DNA of 64,000 nt from the human T2T-CHM13v2.0 reference genome, Homo sapiens (GCF_009914755.1 NC_060940.1); one strand, 5' to 3'; numbered from the stretch's first letter, positions 26,131 to 39,879 are shown. The notes: a model not told the origin generated them from the sequence alone. Program-made: numbers and translations.

Positions 26131-29100
26131 TAGAGAGGGCAGTAGGAGAAATTTATTGTCATGGCTGGTACTTGAAAACTCCAGTCAAAATTTTGAATGA
26201 GAGAATATTTTCTGATACTTTAAAAATACCATTCGCTAACTTTCCCAGAATTATAATATCTGGTTATTGTTGATGCTCTATTGAACTGAAAACTTTCATT
26301 AATATTTGTGGTTTCATTTTATAAAATTATCATAACTGATGGATTTACAGTTCTGAAACAGTAACCAAATTTTAATAATGAAGCCATTAATACATACCTT
26401 GGCTTGAGGGTATGATATTTGTGACAATGCAATATTTGCTCTGAAAGTAGCAATCCCCAAACTAATATATTTATATATCTCTGTAAGTTGCACAAATGTC
26501 TCCCCAGCTAGCAACGCATTGTATTGTCTTGACAATCGGAGTTCTTTCACCAATGTTGTTTATTTCTTCCTCTTTGCAAGGAAAGAAAAAGATGTTTAAA
26601 ATATATTAAAAAATTAATTATCAAGACGATCTTGAGACACATAAAAATTAATTTAAGAAGGAATTTCAATTTCCAAAGCTCACTATTTCTGGTATTTTTC
26701 TGCAAAGGCTGTGAGTCCAGTGTGTGTGTTTCCTGAGACTCAAAGCAGCATTTACATTTAAATGAAAATGCAGACATACATGTTTGACAAAGACCATATA
26801 CTTATGCTCCTTAAAACCATTCTTTCATAAAAGGAACAGAAAACACCCTGCTATGCCAATATACCAATTTATTCTTTAAGAAAAATAGCATATTGTGCAT
26901 CTGTTGGGGATTTTATATATATATAAATAAAATACATTTTTTTGTTGGATCCATATATTTCCTGAGAATCAGCCTCTTGAAGAAATAAATAGATGAGGGC
27001 TGTGTTCTTTTAATTATTGAAAGGTAAAACCCAATAAAACTTGAATGTTTCTCTTGTTCACACCCTACACCTCCCACCTCCATCATTTTTGTTTTCATGA
27101 AACTGAGACCCATGTGGTCCAGTGTCTTAGCCTAAATTATGCACAAAATGCCTGAGCTGGGCTTTGAAATTAAATCTCTTAATTCCTTACCAAGTGTTCA
27201 CTTTTGACATGTTTGTTGCATGCTCACCTAAAATACTTATTGAGAAAATGCTAAAAGTTTCTGAAAAATTTTTTTTAAGAAAAAGATCCTACCCACTCAA
27301 TATTTCCATGCCTGCTATAAACCAGCCAATGTACTAGGTTTAGGGATATAGGAATTTGAGGATAGGAGGAATTAGTACTAACATCAGAATTAATCCTGAA
27401 AAAGTCGGGATATGTAATCACTTCCTTAACACGTGTTTCTGTATTCTAACTCTAATAAATTAACACACATAATATCAGTGTCTGCATTATTATCTGCATT
27501 TTACATCATGTGAGACTTGGAGACATCCAGTTGCTTGTCTAATACCACACAGCTAGTAATGTTCAGTGCAGAGATTTGAACTAAGGTCATTTTGCAATCA
27601 AAGTCTATCATGATCTTTTTGATACTTGAGGTAATTATTTCTACCCAAAGAACTGTAGCCCAAACCTGTCCTCACAAATCTGCCAACTTCCCGTCCAGCT
27701 GTGCAAGTGGCTCCCTTTATTCCTAAAGTCCATATTGATATAATGCAACAACTAATCGAAGCTCTAGGAGCATGCATGATAGTATAAACACCTATTTCCA
27801 CTTAAAACCTCTTGAGCCTTCAATTTCAAATAGCACAGCAAGATTTGCAGGTACTATGTGAAGATCTTATGGAAATGACTAATGCTGTAATGTTGGTATA
27901 AAGCACTTTGGGAAACTCCCAAAGCTAAATTACTCTCCTGACTCAAAAGCCAAACTTCCCTTCCAGGAAGGCTAAATGTTAGTTGAGAATCTACTCATTT
28001 CCAACACTTGGGGCCAAGTTCATCCAAGTCAGTTACTTTTGTAAGATGCAAAAATGTTTCCATGAATGCAATCTTTTCAGTTTTGTTTATTTATTCATTT
28101 ATTTATTAAAACAAATACAAGTACAAAACTAGTGAGGTGGACACTTGGATGGGAAAAAGCCACATCTTCAGTAAAGTATCTGGAACTGAGACAGAAGTGT
28201 AGGTGTAAATTTACTTCCTGCTCCATGCCCTGGGGAAGGCAACAGAATGAACATGGATGAATAGGAATCCCAGCTTAGCTACCCACCAGCTGTGAAACTG
28301 AGCATCTTCAGATTGAACGCAGAGACTGGCAAGAGTTAGTTTTAAAGGGGCAGAAAACAAACATCAAAGGTAGTGCATATACAGGGATAGATGCCTAATA
28401 GCCACCTAGAAGTAAAATTTTCTGTGTAAGAATGGGGGACTAATATGAAATCTAGACAAGTCAAAGTTGGGTTGAGGCAAAACAAGGAAAAGAAATGGAG
28501 TGGACCCTGCCCTGGACCCACTCACAGAGTTTTTGCAATCAGTCTTGTTGCCAGTAGCTCTGGTTTCCTTTGGGGCTGTCATAAAGGCACCATTAAGAAT
28601 TTAAAATTCACTGACAGACATGTCTCAGCATTGGTTCCCCCTAGGCTGTGAACTCTACCAGGGTAGAGAGTTTATGTGCTTTGTCCCTTGTCATGCCCTA
28701 GACTTTGATTCCTTGGTTGGCATCAGGCAGGAGTGTCCTAGAGGTAATGGTTAAGGTTATTAATAAAGTTGTTGCTATTTTCCATATTCAGTTTTCTATA
28801 ATGAACTAATATTTTTTTCTGTCATGGTAGCTTCATTCCACTCTACCTTCTTGGGTGTTTGCATTTATCTGTCAGATCTTGCAGCTGCCTTTGTGGTTTT
28901 CATTCATTCTCATCTCAGTTCTTAGCCAGCACCTGATTCCCCTTTCCTGTTCTTCACCTTACTTGGACCATCCCTATGTCCTTCCCCACGGCACTTCAAG
29001 TGTCTGAGCCCCAGTTTCTTCCATTTTAAAATAGAAATAACCAAAAGACACAGGGCGATTACATTAAAAGTGTGTGTGGCGTATCCAGCAGGGTATTCAA

Positions 29101-30111
29101 GAGATACTTATTTACTCTCTTGCTACAAACCTTGTGACTCATAGTGGGCTCCAAAGCCTGTTCTGCTTGGACAAGAGCTGCAGATATCCTTACTTCAGCC
29201 TAGAGAAATGTGGTAATGGGAAATAAACATTTGGGTCATGCTTCGTTGTGTAGTTTTTTTATGTGTGGTTCATAAAGGTGATTTTCAGTAATGAAGAGAT
29301 TCCTGTGAAAACAGAGAAAAGTAGAAATGTGTACCTGCTGAAGTCAAACTGCACTCAGAAGAAAAGCCCATTGCACTTAAGAACAGAAAATTAGTACAGA
29401 CAAAGCTGAAATGTATTACACTGAGAAAGAGTTAGAAAAAAAATGAAAAAAAGAAAGTTATCTGGACAGAGACAGGCATAAGCAAGAGTTCATGTTCCCA
29501 GTGGCCATTATGCTATGAGACTCATAAGGTCAAATTTTACAATTACAAATTTTTGCATAGGTCACTTCTTTCTCATGGGGGATAATTCTTTCTGAGACAT
29601 GCTCTCTCTTTTACCCTAGCTCTCTGTGGCCTGTCACACTCTTTGGGTGCAACATTACAATTCAGCAATGTAAGAGATTCTAAATTTGACCTAAGCCTTG
29701 ACAAAATTAAATGTGCCCTAGCTAACTAAAAATCAAAGTAAGTTTTCCATTGCTCCTTTCAGATATTTGTGATTTTATGGGGAAATGAACATATGAATAA
29801 CGAAACTATTTATGTATCTCAAAATTGGCTAACCTCACCCGCCTACATATCCAAACATAATAATAGATAGCTTTAACAGTAGGCAACAAAAAAGTAAGTG
29901 ATATGAATAGAAATGTATGGAATCAAATTGTATGCGATACGCATACATCAATTCAATCCGTAGTTGAATGGCTGAATGTGCTTTCTGTAAAGTCGGATTT
30001 ATTCAAGCAGTACAAACTTTTGCTCTCAAAAGATTAGGCTAACCATATTATTGAAAGATGGCCTAGCCCAGAAGTTGAGAAGAAAAGAGAGAGATTAAGA
30101 AAAAGGGGGAC

Positions 30112-30190
30112 TGAGTTTGAGGCTGCAGTGAGCTACGCGTGTGCCATGCCACTGCACTCCAGACTGGGCAACAGAACAAGACCCCTTCCT
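30112..30190 (+). mobile_element. Alu right-arm 3' fragment (AluJ/FRAM-like)
   Basis: 'gagtttgaggctgcagtgagcta..gccactgcactccagactgggcaacagaacaagaccc'. Confidence 0.85.
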
Positions 30191-30378
30191 TAAGAAGAAA
30201 AAAGAAAGAAAGGAAGATAGAAAGGAGAGAAATGAAGGAAGGAAGGAAGGAAGAAAGGAAGGAAGGAGGAAAGGAGGGAGGGAGTGAGGGAGGGAAGGAG
30301 GGAGGGAGGAAGGGAGGGAGGGAGGGAAGGAAGGAAGGAAGGAAGGGAGGGAGGGAGGGAGGGATAAAGGGAGAGAAG
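30191..30378. repeat. Polypurine (GAAA)/(GGAA)/(GGGA)n microsatellite grown from the Alu tail
   Basis: Nearly pure A/G tract of ~185 bp. Confidence 0.95.
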
Positions 30379-30450
30379 ACCCCACTAGATGATCAGCCAG
30401 TATATTCAAAGAAAAGGTAAGAATGACCATGAGCAATGACTCAATAATCC

Positions 30451-30755
<305 letters not shown>

Positions 30756-30866
30756 AATAATTCATTCTTAGTGCAGGCCTCAGACTGATATCTGATATCC
30801 CTAAGTATCTGTTGTCATCTTTTCGGTCTCCTACTCAGTAACCTTCATTATTTCCCTATAACATAC

Positions 30867-30900
30867 AGTTACCAGGTTGGGAAAGACCAACCTGGTAACT
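30867..30900. repeat. Perfect 14-bp inverted repeat, 6-nt spacer
   Basis: agttaccaggttgg-gaaaga-ccaacctggtaact. Confidence 0.95.
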
Positions 30901-31579
30901 TGGCATTCAAGACCCTCGCCAGTCTGTCTCAGCCTCCCCGTTTACACTTACTATTCATTCCTTATGGTTAAAATCCAGCACTTACCCAATCATGCCTGAA
31001 GCTTGTCTCTTGTGGCATTCCTTGATGAGTGTCTATTCCATTGCCTTTCCCACCTCAGTGTCTATCTTGGCTCCTCTTTAACTAACTCAACCCTACCCTT
31101 CCTGCAAGACTCAGAATTGGTCCTCTGTATTCTGAAACCTTTCTTGCCCTGGTCCTTCCCAGCCCACATCATCCTTGGTGCTGCTTCCACAGCCTGATGG
31201 GAAACCCTAACTGCAGCACCCCATCTCTGTAACACTATGGGTGTGAGTCACAGAGCACCAGGCACAGTAGTACTCAACAAATACCAGCTGAAATGCCAAT
31301 TACTAATATATATTCTCCTGAAGATGAGCTGTGAGCTCTGTAGGCAGGGGTTGTGTGTTAAGACAGCTATTTATTCAGATAAAGGTGTTCAATCCCTGTG
31401 AGCCAGGAGGTTCACCTCTCAGAGATTAAAAATGAGGCGCAGACGGAGCATGGTCTTGTCCAGTCTTATAGAGTTGGCGACCTTGTTCTGTCTGATTCCA
31501 CTGCACAGGCAGATTCCACTTCAGCGTACTCTCTCAATATAGCTCATATTTAGTTTTTTGACTAGGACACCATAAGATT

Positions 31580-31790
31580 GTTTAAAGAGGCACAGTAGCT
31601 AAAAGTCTAGGCTATGTAGTCATCCATATCTTGGTGACTCCTCCATTACAGGGTGTGACTTGGGGGTGCCTGACTTATCCAACTTAACCCCAACACCTCT
31701 TGGATATGGGATAATATGAAATCTCACATTAGAGTTGTGAAAATCAAAAAAGATAACACAAAGACTCATGGCAAATACCGTAACTCCTTT
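31580..31790 (+). mobile_element. MIR SINE
   Basis: 'gcacagtagctaaaagtctaggct..gtgtgacttggggg..atggggataatatg..gttgtgaaaatcaaa'. Confidence 0.6.
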
Positions 31791-32129
31791 GCATATTGGT
31801 TCCGAATTTTTGTTTCCTGGTATCCCCTTAATAATTCTGATGAACCCATCTGTGCAAACAGAAAATGCTGAATTGCTAGGTTCATGGATCACCTCTTCAA
31901 AATACATTTTAATAAGGAGATAGGAGAATTACATAGGAAGTTTACTGAAAAGGGAGATTTCTCAAAGCCCTTTTGTGTCAGTTAGGCTAGAGTTAGTCCA
32001 GGAATCTGTATTTTTAACAAATACTCCAGCTGAGTCTGATGCAGAAGTCTAGGAACAAACTTGACCTAGTAGATACTTGCTCTAAGATTGGAAAGTTACA
32101 CCATCGTATTTAGGATCATTTGACATATA

Positions 32130-32480
32130 TACTTTTTATTACCAAACTGATTCTTTCTGTGTGTATGTCATTGTAGTGATGTGAAATTCACATAGATCAA
32201 GTTACAGAAACTTAATGTTTAGATACACATATCAAATTATGTACATGTCAAATCAAGGCATAAATCATTTCCATGGCTCCAGAAAGTTTCCTTATGCCTC
32301 TTCCCAGTTAATATCATCCCCCTTAATTAACCACGGTTTTTAACATGTATCATCATAGCCTAGTTTTTCCTGTTATTGAACTCAATATAAATGGAATAAA
32401 GCGGTATGTATTCCCAGGTACGCAGGTGTTCTCAACATTACATTTGTGAGTGTCATTTATGATGTTTTGACATAATATAC
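32130..32480 (-). mobile_element. L1M 3' end fragment
   Basis: 'atttccatggctccagaaagtttccttatgcctcttcccagt..cctgttattgaactcaatataaatggaat'. Confidence 0.7.
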
Positions 32481-32779
32481 ATTAAATCTCTCAAACAAGC
32501 TTTCTGTCTTTTCCCTGATGAAAGCTACCTTCCTCTGCAGTATCTAGAATTGCCTAGAGGGACTGACCTTTCTGATTCTTGAAAACCACAGCACACAGCC
32601 CACAAGTTCCAGGCTGACTCACCCAGCAAGTTTCAAATGTGACCTTTGGGAAATGATGCCTCCTCTGACACAAGCACATGTTTTTTCTATCCAGGCCAAT
32701 ATTTTACATTCAATACTGAGAGTAGGCATGAGGGGGGAGGCGTGTCCTGGCCACCATCTATAATTAAAGATGACATTTT

Positions 32780-33230
32780 TCTGAACTTGGAAAATAAACA
32801 ACAACGTGCAGACTGAATCAGGGCAGAGAGCACCATCGATGAAACAGGCGAAAAAAGGAGCAGCCCATTTTTAAATCACATACCCCCTTGAATTACATTA
32901 GTAATTCAGTGTGTCATCCGTTATTCAGCCAATTTTATAGAAATTATAGAGAGATTCAGTCCTAATTAAGAATAATCTGATGGTCGGGCTTGACCCAGTT
33001 AAATTCTTATCTTTATGACGTCAATCTTTTATAATGCTTCCAGAAGCCTTGGCAAAGCCTCCAATTTTATAAGTAAAAATTAATTAATTGGGACATTAAA
33101 TTTGAAAGATGCTTTTATCTTTTCCCTGGTTCATGCCTTCACAACAGAAAGCAATAATTAACAGTTTTATTCAAATATATAAAATAATTCCTTGAAGATT
33201 TCTAACCACTTTAAGTACTGCAGGAATCAA
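32780..33230. promoter_or_regulatory. Candidate developmental enhancer / conserved non-coding element
   Basis: Repeat-free; dense TAAT/TAATTA homeodomain sites; full CRE TGACGTCA 33016-33023 overlapping TTTATGA; GATA CTTATCT 33006. Confidence 0.35.
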
Positions 33231-34191
33231 ATGATATGATGTCTAGATATCAACAGACAAAAGAAACTGATTTTTTTTTGCAATTATTTTATTGAGAGAG
33301 TTCTTGGTGATCACTTTCACTGGAGTAAGACAGATGGCCTGTTGTGAAGTTGACTTGGCACCAAAGTCTGCTGAAAAAAAAAAAATCTAACACAATTTTT
33401 CAAGAAAAGTTTTCTTTTGTAGCTTTTTCTCTGGAAAATTATCCTACCTTAACTCACCTAATTACAATAACATACACACAGAAAGAATCAGTTTGGTAAT
33501 AAAAAGTAGATATATCAAATGATCCTAAATACGATGGAGTAACTTTCCATTCTTAGAGTAAGTATCTACTAGGTCATGTTTGTTCCCGAGTTTGTTCCCT
33601 AATAAGAAAATAAATTCTTAGCCCACATCTAGAAATTACCATTTGAACGCATTGTCATAAAATTAGTATGGGGTTTAGTTTTCTATGTAGGTTCCATTTA
33701 TTTGTTCATTCATTCATCATTACTTTTTTGAGTACCGCACATTTGGAAGAGAAAGATTAAGGAAACCACATGAACTCCAGGAGGTTAACAAGGATTCCTG
33801 GTGGAATGAGTCACTTCACCTGATGGAGACTGGCGGATCAGGCTGAAGAGCAGCCCCACTTGGTGTGCCCCAGCACTGTGACCTGCTTGAAAGTTTTATT
33901 AAAAACTTGGAAGGAGCTGGAGAAGATGAAGTGATTCTTTCAGATGGACTAATTTATTCAGATAACATGAATTGAATAATAACAAGAAACTAAGCAGACA
34001 GGAGAAAGCCAACTTATATTTCTGAGTAGGGATGGTGGCAGGCAGTACAGTACACCTTTCCACAAATTCTAGTTTCTTGCTACAGAAAGGGGAAATGTGG
34101 GTTTAGGGTAGTTAAGTAGTTTGCTCCAGGTGGCACTGAAGTACATATTAAAGCTGGCCACCTTCTCAAGTATGTCTGTGGGGCAATTTTA

Positions 34192-34347
34192 TTTCTTCTT
34201 TTTTATTTTATTTTGTATTTATTTATTTTTAGAGATAGGACCTTACTATGTTGTCCAGGCTGGTCTTGAACTCCTGGGCTCAAGCAATCCTCTCATCTCC
34301 ACCTCCCAAATTGCTGGAATTACAAGCATGAGCCATGACACCTGGCC
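34192..34347 (-). mobile_element. FLAM_C-type monomeric Alu
   Basis: Single left monomer with T-rich tail; TSD tgtggggcaatttta (34177-34191) / tgtggggtagtttta (34348-34362). Confidence 0.88.
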
Positions 34348-34886
34348 TGTGGGGTAGTTTTAAAATATGGTCATAAATCCTTTGATACACGTCATATTAT
34401 TACATGGGGTGTATGTCCCTGTCACTTGAGTGTGGGTTGAGCTTAGTGACCAAGGTGGATCAATGAAGTGTGGTAGAAGTGACACTGTGTAACTTCTCAG
34501 GTGAAGTTAGGGAAGGTCACACAGCTTCTCTCTAGTTCCTCTGGGGCACTTGCCCTTGGTACCCAGACATCATGCTGTGAAGAAGCCACAAAAGCCCATG
34601 GAGAGACTCATGTTGAGAGAAACCAGAGCCCATGGCCCTGACCCACAGTCCCATCCACGCTCTTAGCTAACAGAACCAACTGGCCAGCCATGTGAATGAG
34701 CTACTTTGAAAGCGGATCTCCCACTCCCTAAGCGAATCTGTCCTGCTGAATACAAATGAAACAGAGATAAAATATTGTTCTTGAGCCCTGCCCAAATGGT
34801 AGATCCAAGAGTAGAATGAATAACCGTTGCTATTTTAAGCCACTAAGTTTTGGTATGGTTAGCTATGCAGCGTAGGTAGCTCTATA
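34348..34886 (+). mobile_element. MLT1E/F/G-type LTR
   Basis: Start 'tgtgg..tagttttaaaatatggtcataaatcctttgatac'; end 'ttttaagccactaagttttggtatggttagctatgcagc'. Confidence 0.8.
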
Positions 34887-36229
34887 TTTACACTACTTCC
34901 ATGTCTGTATATTGTCTCCTGGAAAGGAGTGGCAACCCTTTAGAGGCATGGGCAGAGAATACGGTTCACATTGGTAGGAGTACACGTGAAAGTGTTCAGT
35001 ATCAACTGCATGAGGTTGAGCTCTAGGAGAACAGAGTCTGGGCATTTAACTTGGATCTTTCAATTGAGTCCACAGGTCAACTGAAGAAGAAGCTCAGCAG
35101 AAGGTACATGTGGATCTTCAAATGCCAGGTTTGCAAATCCCATCTCATCCTCATCATAGCCAGCATATTATTCTCGGTTCTTGGAGCCACGATCAAACAA
35201 ACAAAAAAAACTTTGAAAAAGTTGACCTGTATTCCAGGAAGGTCAATCAAATGATGATGGTCTAAACGTTGTGTCCTACATAGAAGAGATAATGGTACCA
35301 CTAACATCCAGCCAGCCAGAACCAGGGAAGTGTGGACCAAAGTGTAAGAATAAGAGCCAAGATTCAGTACAAAGATTCAGTGACTATGTAAGGAGAAAAT
35401 ACCCACTCTGAAGTCAGATGACAAGGTTAATCATCTCTTGAGCCCTGTGATTTCTGGAAAGTCCTAAGCTCCCAGTCTCTTTACACAATTGCAAAAGAAA
35501 ACAGATAATATCTACTATCTTCATAGGCCTAGGCGCAATACTAGAATTATTGAAGATAACTTGCGTAAAAGAATATCGTATGGGGGACTCTCAATATTTA
35601 CTCACTGGTAAAGTCAGAGTCTCAGGGGATCAGGGTTTTGCTTTATTTTAAAAGCAGACGTCCATCAATGGAATGCTTGCCTTGGAAAATAGCAAGTCCC
35701 TATCTTAAAGTTTTCTTCCTAAAGCTGGATGGTTGTTCTTCAGGGAATTAGGAGGGTATCCACAGGGACCTCTGAGTTCCTTTTGGTCCCTAAGGAATTG
35801 CATTGACAGCTCCTTTCTGCAGGTCCAGTGCTGTGTTCTTTAATGGTCTGTGTCTTCTAGAAGCCCAGCACAGACCAGCTTTCACACAAATAAACATTAG
35901 CATTTCTCTAACACAAGAGAAATCTAAGTGAATTAGATGGCCGGAGGATTACTCTCATTCAGCCTTTGAGGTTTTGCATTCAACTCTCCTCTCTCCCCTC
36001 CACCACCAATATAGAACTCTTGGTGGAGATTTAGAATATTTTCAAAATTCATGTATTCAGAAAATGTTGTCTGTCAGACAAATGCTTGCACATTAAAGGA
36101 ACTATGAACATTTAATATTCTACACCAAATGCTGAAACCAAAATTCAAGGGCATTTTGTCCTTTGAATCAGAGATGCTGTCATGCATCTTCCTCCCTCTT
36201 CTACTGTTGTGTCTAGAGTTAGCATTAAA

Positions 36230-36450
36230 GAGCAGCAGCTAGTTTTTGATGGGATTTAGTTTGGATTTCCAGCTTATCCCTTACTAACTCTGCAATCTTG
36301 GGCAAGTCACTTAACCTCTCTGAACTCAAGTCTCTGAATACAAAATGGAAGTAGTAACACTTTCCTCCTGGGGATGTTGTGAGAATTAAATAAGATAAAA
36401 TGTGTGCCTCTGCCTGGGGCAAATAGGAAATTAATACATATTTGCTTCTT
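36230..36450 (+). mobile_element. MIR SINE
   Basis: 'atcttgggcaagtcacttaacctctctgaactcaag..gatgttgtgagaattaaataag'. Confidence 0.8.
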
Positions 36451-36743
36451 TCCTGCTGTTTCATTTCTTTAGGCTGCTTCCATGAAACAGAGAGGGAAGC
36501 ATCATTCCCTCCTTTCTTTCTGTCTTTCTGAGATAGATATCTGAAATGTAGTTACCAGGAAAAATGGCACTTGGGGGCTAGAGTCTTTATAGAAGAGAGA
36601 AATCCAACTCCTTTCACTTTCATTTTTTTTTCCTATTTATTTTCCGGAAAGCAGTGTCTGTTAGTCGTCATCTCAATGCCCATTCTCTCTGAACTCCTTA
36701 ATATCAGAACTCCGATTTGTGGTCGGAGGGAATCATTGCCTTC

Positions 36744-37109
36744 TGTCTTAGTCCCTTCTGGACGCCACAACAAAAAACCATAGACTGGGTAGCTTATAAA
36801 CAACAGAAACTTATCTCACATTTCTGAAAGCTGAGAAGTCCAAGATCAAGGCTCCAGCAGATTCCATGTCTGGTGAGCGTCTGCTTCCTCACAGAGAGAG
36901 CCTTCTCACAATGTCTCCACAAAGTGGAAGGGGCAAATGAGCTCTCTAGGGCCTCTTTTTTTTTTTATAAGGGCACTAATCTCATTCAAGTGGGCTCTGC
37001 CCTTTATGGTCTAAGCTCTCAAAAGTCTCACTTCCTAATACATTTACCTTGGGGTTTAGGACTTCAATATAACAAATTTTGGAAGGGAGCAAACATTCAA
37101 AACATTGCA
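36744..37109 (-). mobile_element. MLT1A-type LTR
   Basis: 'tgtcttagtcc..ccatagactgggtagcttataaacaacagaaa..aagtccaagatcaagg..cagcagattccatgtctggtgag' to 'aaacattcaaaacattgca'. Confidence 0.85.
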
Positions 37110-37279
37110 CTCCCTTATAAAAAAACAAAACAAAAAACAAACAAACAAAAAAAACACTAGATTTTTCAACCTCCCTTTTAGCCAAGCATTGCTGTGTGCT
37201 TACATTCTGTCCAAAGAGGTGTACATGGAAATGACACAGATCAATTCCTGCCTAGAGGGAGCCACCTTGGCTGGGGGAT

Positions 37280-37568
37280 GCCGCCATCTTGCTCTCTTGC
37301 CTTTGCTCGTTCTCTCAGCCTGAAATGTGTCCTTGTGGACTACAGTGCCAGTCACAATCATAGATCATAAAGTGACCTTGAAGATGTGATGGAACAAAAA
37401 TATAGGACCCTGGGTCTCTGTAGACCCAAGGAAAGGAGACTCCAGGACCACCTTACACTGCCAATGTTAACACTTCTTTCACTAAGGAGCCAGATAAGGT
37501 ACTACCTTGGGTTAAGCTGTTGTTGTCATGTTTCCCTTTTGCACACAGCCAAGTCGAATTCTGAGATA
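37280..37568 (+). mobile_element. Old MLT1 (J/K-like) LTR fragment
   Basis: 'gaccctgggtctctg..gggttaagctgttgttg..gcacacagccaag' resembles the MLT1J 3' part. Confidence 0.45.
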
Positions 37569-37733
37569 CACGAGAGAGGTCCCAAGGAGAAGAAGGGGAT
37601 TGGAAGTGAAGCTCCTGCTCCACTCTCCCTCTGGAAGAGTCAGGCAGCTTTCCTCATAGGGGGTCATGGGGAGCAGTCTGTGTAGGGCACATAGGCAGGC
37701 AGGATTCAAAGATGGTAGTTTCTTGCACCACCT

Positions 37734-37769
37734 TCTTAAAAGCAGGAAAAATATGACCTGCTTTTAAGA
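37734..37769. repeat. Perfect 13-bp inverted repeat, 10-nt spacer
   Basis: tcttaaaagcagg-aaaaatatga-cctgcttttaaga. Confidence 0.93.
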
Positions 37770-38556
37770 GAGAAATTATAGGGGATTTAATAGAGGTCCT
37801 TTTCTTTCCCCTTTCCTTCCTTCCCAAGTATCTTTGACCATCTGCTATGTGATAGTTAGTGAGACAGGCACTGAGGATAATGAATCTTGGTCTCAAATCA
37901 ATCCCCAGTGGGTGGAGGCAGACAACTCAAACATACATCAAGAACTGTCACAGGATACGGATGCTCCTGTGGATGCTGTCCATGTGCAGATCTACAGCAA
38001 CTCATCCAGCTTGGGTTGGGGAAAGGGAATTCAGGAAGGCTTTGCCAGGGAGGCAATTGGGCTGGGTATGAAAAGGTGATGGGTTTCAGCCAGAGAAAGA
38101 GAGGATCTGCATCCCTGACTGCATTTCCCACACCCGGCTGCTGAGTCCCATAACTTCTCTGCAGTCCGGTGTTTATCCACATCAGCCACAATTTAAACCT
38201 GGCTCAGAGGCCACTCAAAATCTCAGCCACTCAGTGTTGGATGAAGACAAGTGAACACTTTGGGAAATATGCATGAGGTAATTGCCAGTTTAATCTCAAC
38301 AGCCTTGTAATTTGGGAAGCAATCTTCCATGTAACTGGCAAATTAGCTGGAGAATTGCTCCCATCCGTCCTGTGGTAGGTGGGGGCAAGTGCTTAGGGCA
38401 CAGGAACCAGACAGAGGCTTCAAGGGCCCTCCCAACATGGTGTCTGTGGTCTCAGTAGGCAGTCTGAGCCCTATGGCCAAGGCGGCCAGGGCAGGAGAAG
38501 CGCCCAAATGGGCGAAGTGGGGATAATCAGGCAAGATTGCATCGGCTCTTAAAAGC

Positions 38557-38618
38557 TATATCTATATACATCTATCTATCTATCTATCTATATCTATATC
38601 TATATCTATATATATATA
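38557..38618. repeat. (TATC)n/(TATATC)n/(TA)n compound microsatellite
   Basis: Seen directly. Confidence 0.9.
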
Positions 38619-38679
38619 TTTACTACATGTCTGTAGGAAATGAACAGAAACATCACAGGAAGCAAGGGTTGAGGGAGGC

Positions 38680-38900
38680 AATTATGGAGCACCTACTATA
38701 TGCCAGACAATTATTTTAGGCATTTAACATCCATCGTCTTATTGAATCCTCACATGAACACTTTTTAAAAATATACTAGAACTCATATTTCATAAATAAA
38801 AGTATGAAGAAACCTCAAGAATAACAAAAGCCTGCCCATGTTCACATTGACACACTAGAAGATTCAGGATTCCACTTCAACCGACCTGTCCCAAGCCCAC
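38680..38900 (-). mobile_element. MIR SINE
   Basis: 'gagcacctactatatgccagaca..ttgaatcctcaca'. Confidence 0.6.
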
Positions 38901-39879
38901 ATCAGAGGCTGTCCCTCACAACAGAGTGCATTCCATACCAGGGTCCAATTCAAATCAGCTCCATGGGGCACAGACCACACTTTTATGAGTGAAGATAGGG
39001 CAAGTTGGAGGCTAATAATGAAGACAGATCAGCTGTTATTTCTCAGTGTCTCTGTGCCAGGAGATACGGAGACGTTTTCCTTGGTAAAGAACAGCCACTC
39101 AGCAAGATGTATTTGCTGTAGATGTTTTATAGTCCCTTCCCAAAGGGACATAAGTAGTTTCTGGTCTCTAACTAGGAGAACTAATTATGTGTGTTCCCTG
39201 TTTTTTCTCTGCCCAACAACATTTGCCAAGCTGTTTGCTAGTTACCCCAGAACAACAGGTTCTCAAAAGAAACTAAAAAGTTATCTGTTATCTAGGTACC
39301 ATTTCATCCTAACACTCTGGCTTAGAGTAGAAAACAGAAACACAACATATATCCTCAGTCAATGGGCAACCAAACAGACGACTTGGCACAGAACAGGGAA
39401 AGGGACAGAAAGATCCTCTCTAAGCCACAGGAAACACATAAACAAAAACAAAACTCAGTATCACTGTCAAACACTCCTGGGTGCCTCCCTGAAGGAGAAA
39501 AACTCGCACTCCATGTTTGGCTGTGTTATATACTTGAAAGCTTTCTTTCCTTTACCCCTAAATTATCCAGAGCTATTTCATTTCTCTTCCTGAGAGCAAT
39601 CTTGACAACTCCCTCGGCACCTGGAAGATGGCTGGGTATGTATGGAGAACATGGAATTTGAAATCATTAGACAGAGATTAGATCTGGCCAGCCACTTGCT
39701 ACCTGTGTGACTTCAGGCGATTCAACCTGGGAGTCTCACAAGGTTATGGAGACGAGCAAATCAGAAATATGTGTACAAGCATTTTTGCAACCTGTCAGGC
39801 TGTCTATAATTTTTTTAAGTAAATATTGGCATGTAGATTGTGAAAGTCACTGTAGAATGTTAATGATAAATAGAATCAC

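Noticed and set aside
29929-29947. Hairpin tgtatgcg-ata-cgcataca and other 8-bp stems (e.g. 1111-1134)
   Set aside because: Several stems of this length are expected by chance in 64 kb.
38985-39593. 202-aa ORF
   Set aside because: No motif or homology I recognise; partly overlaps L2-like sequence; no supporting gene structure.
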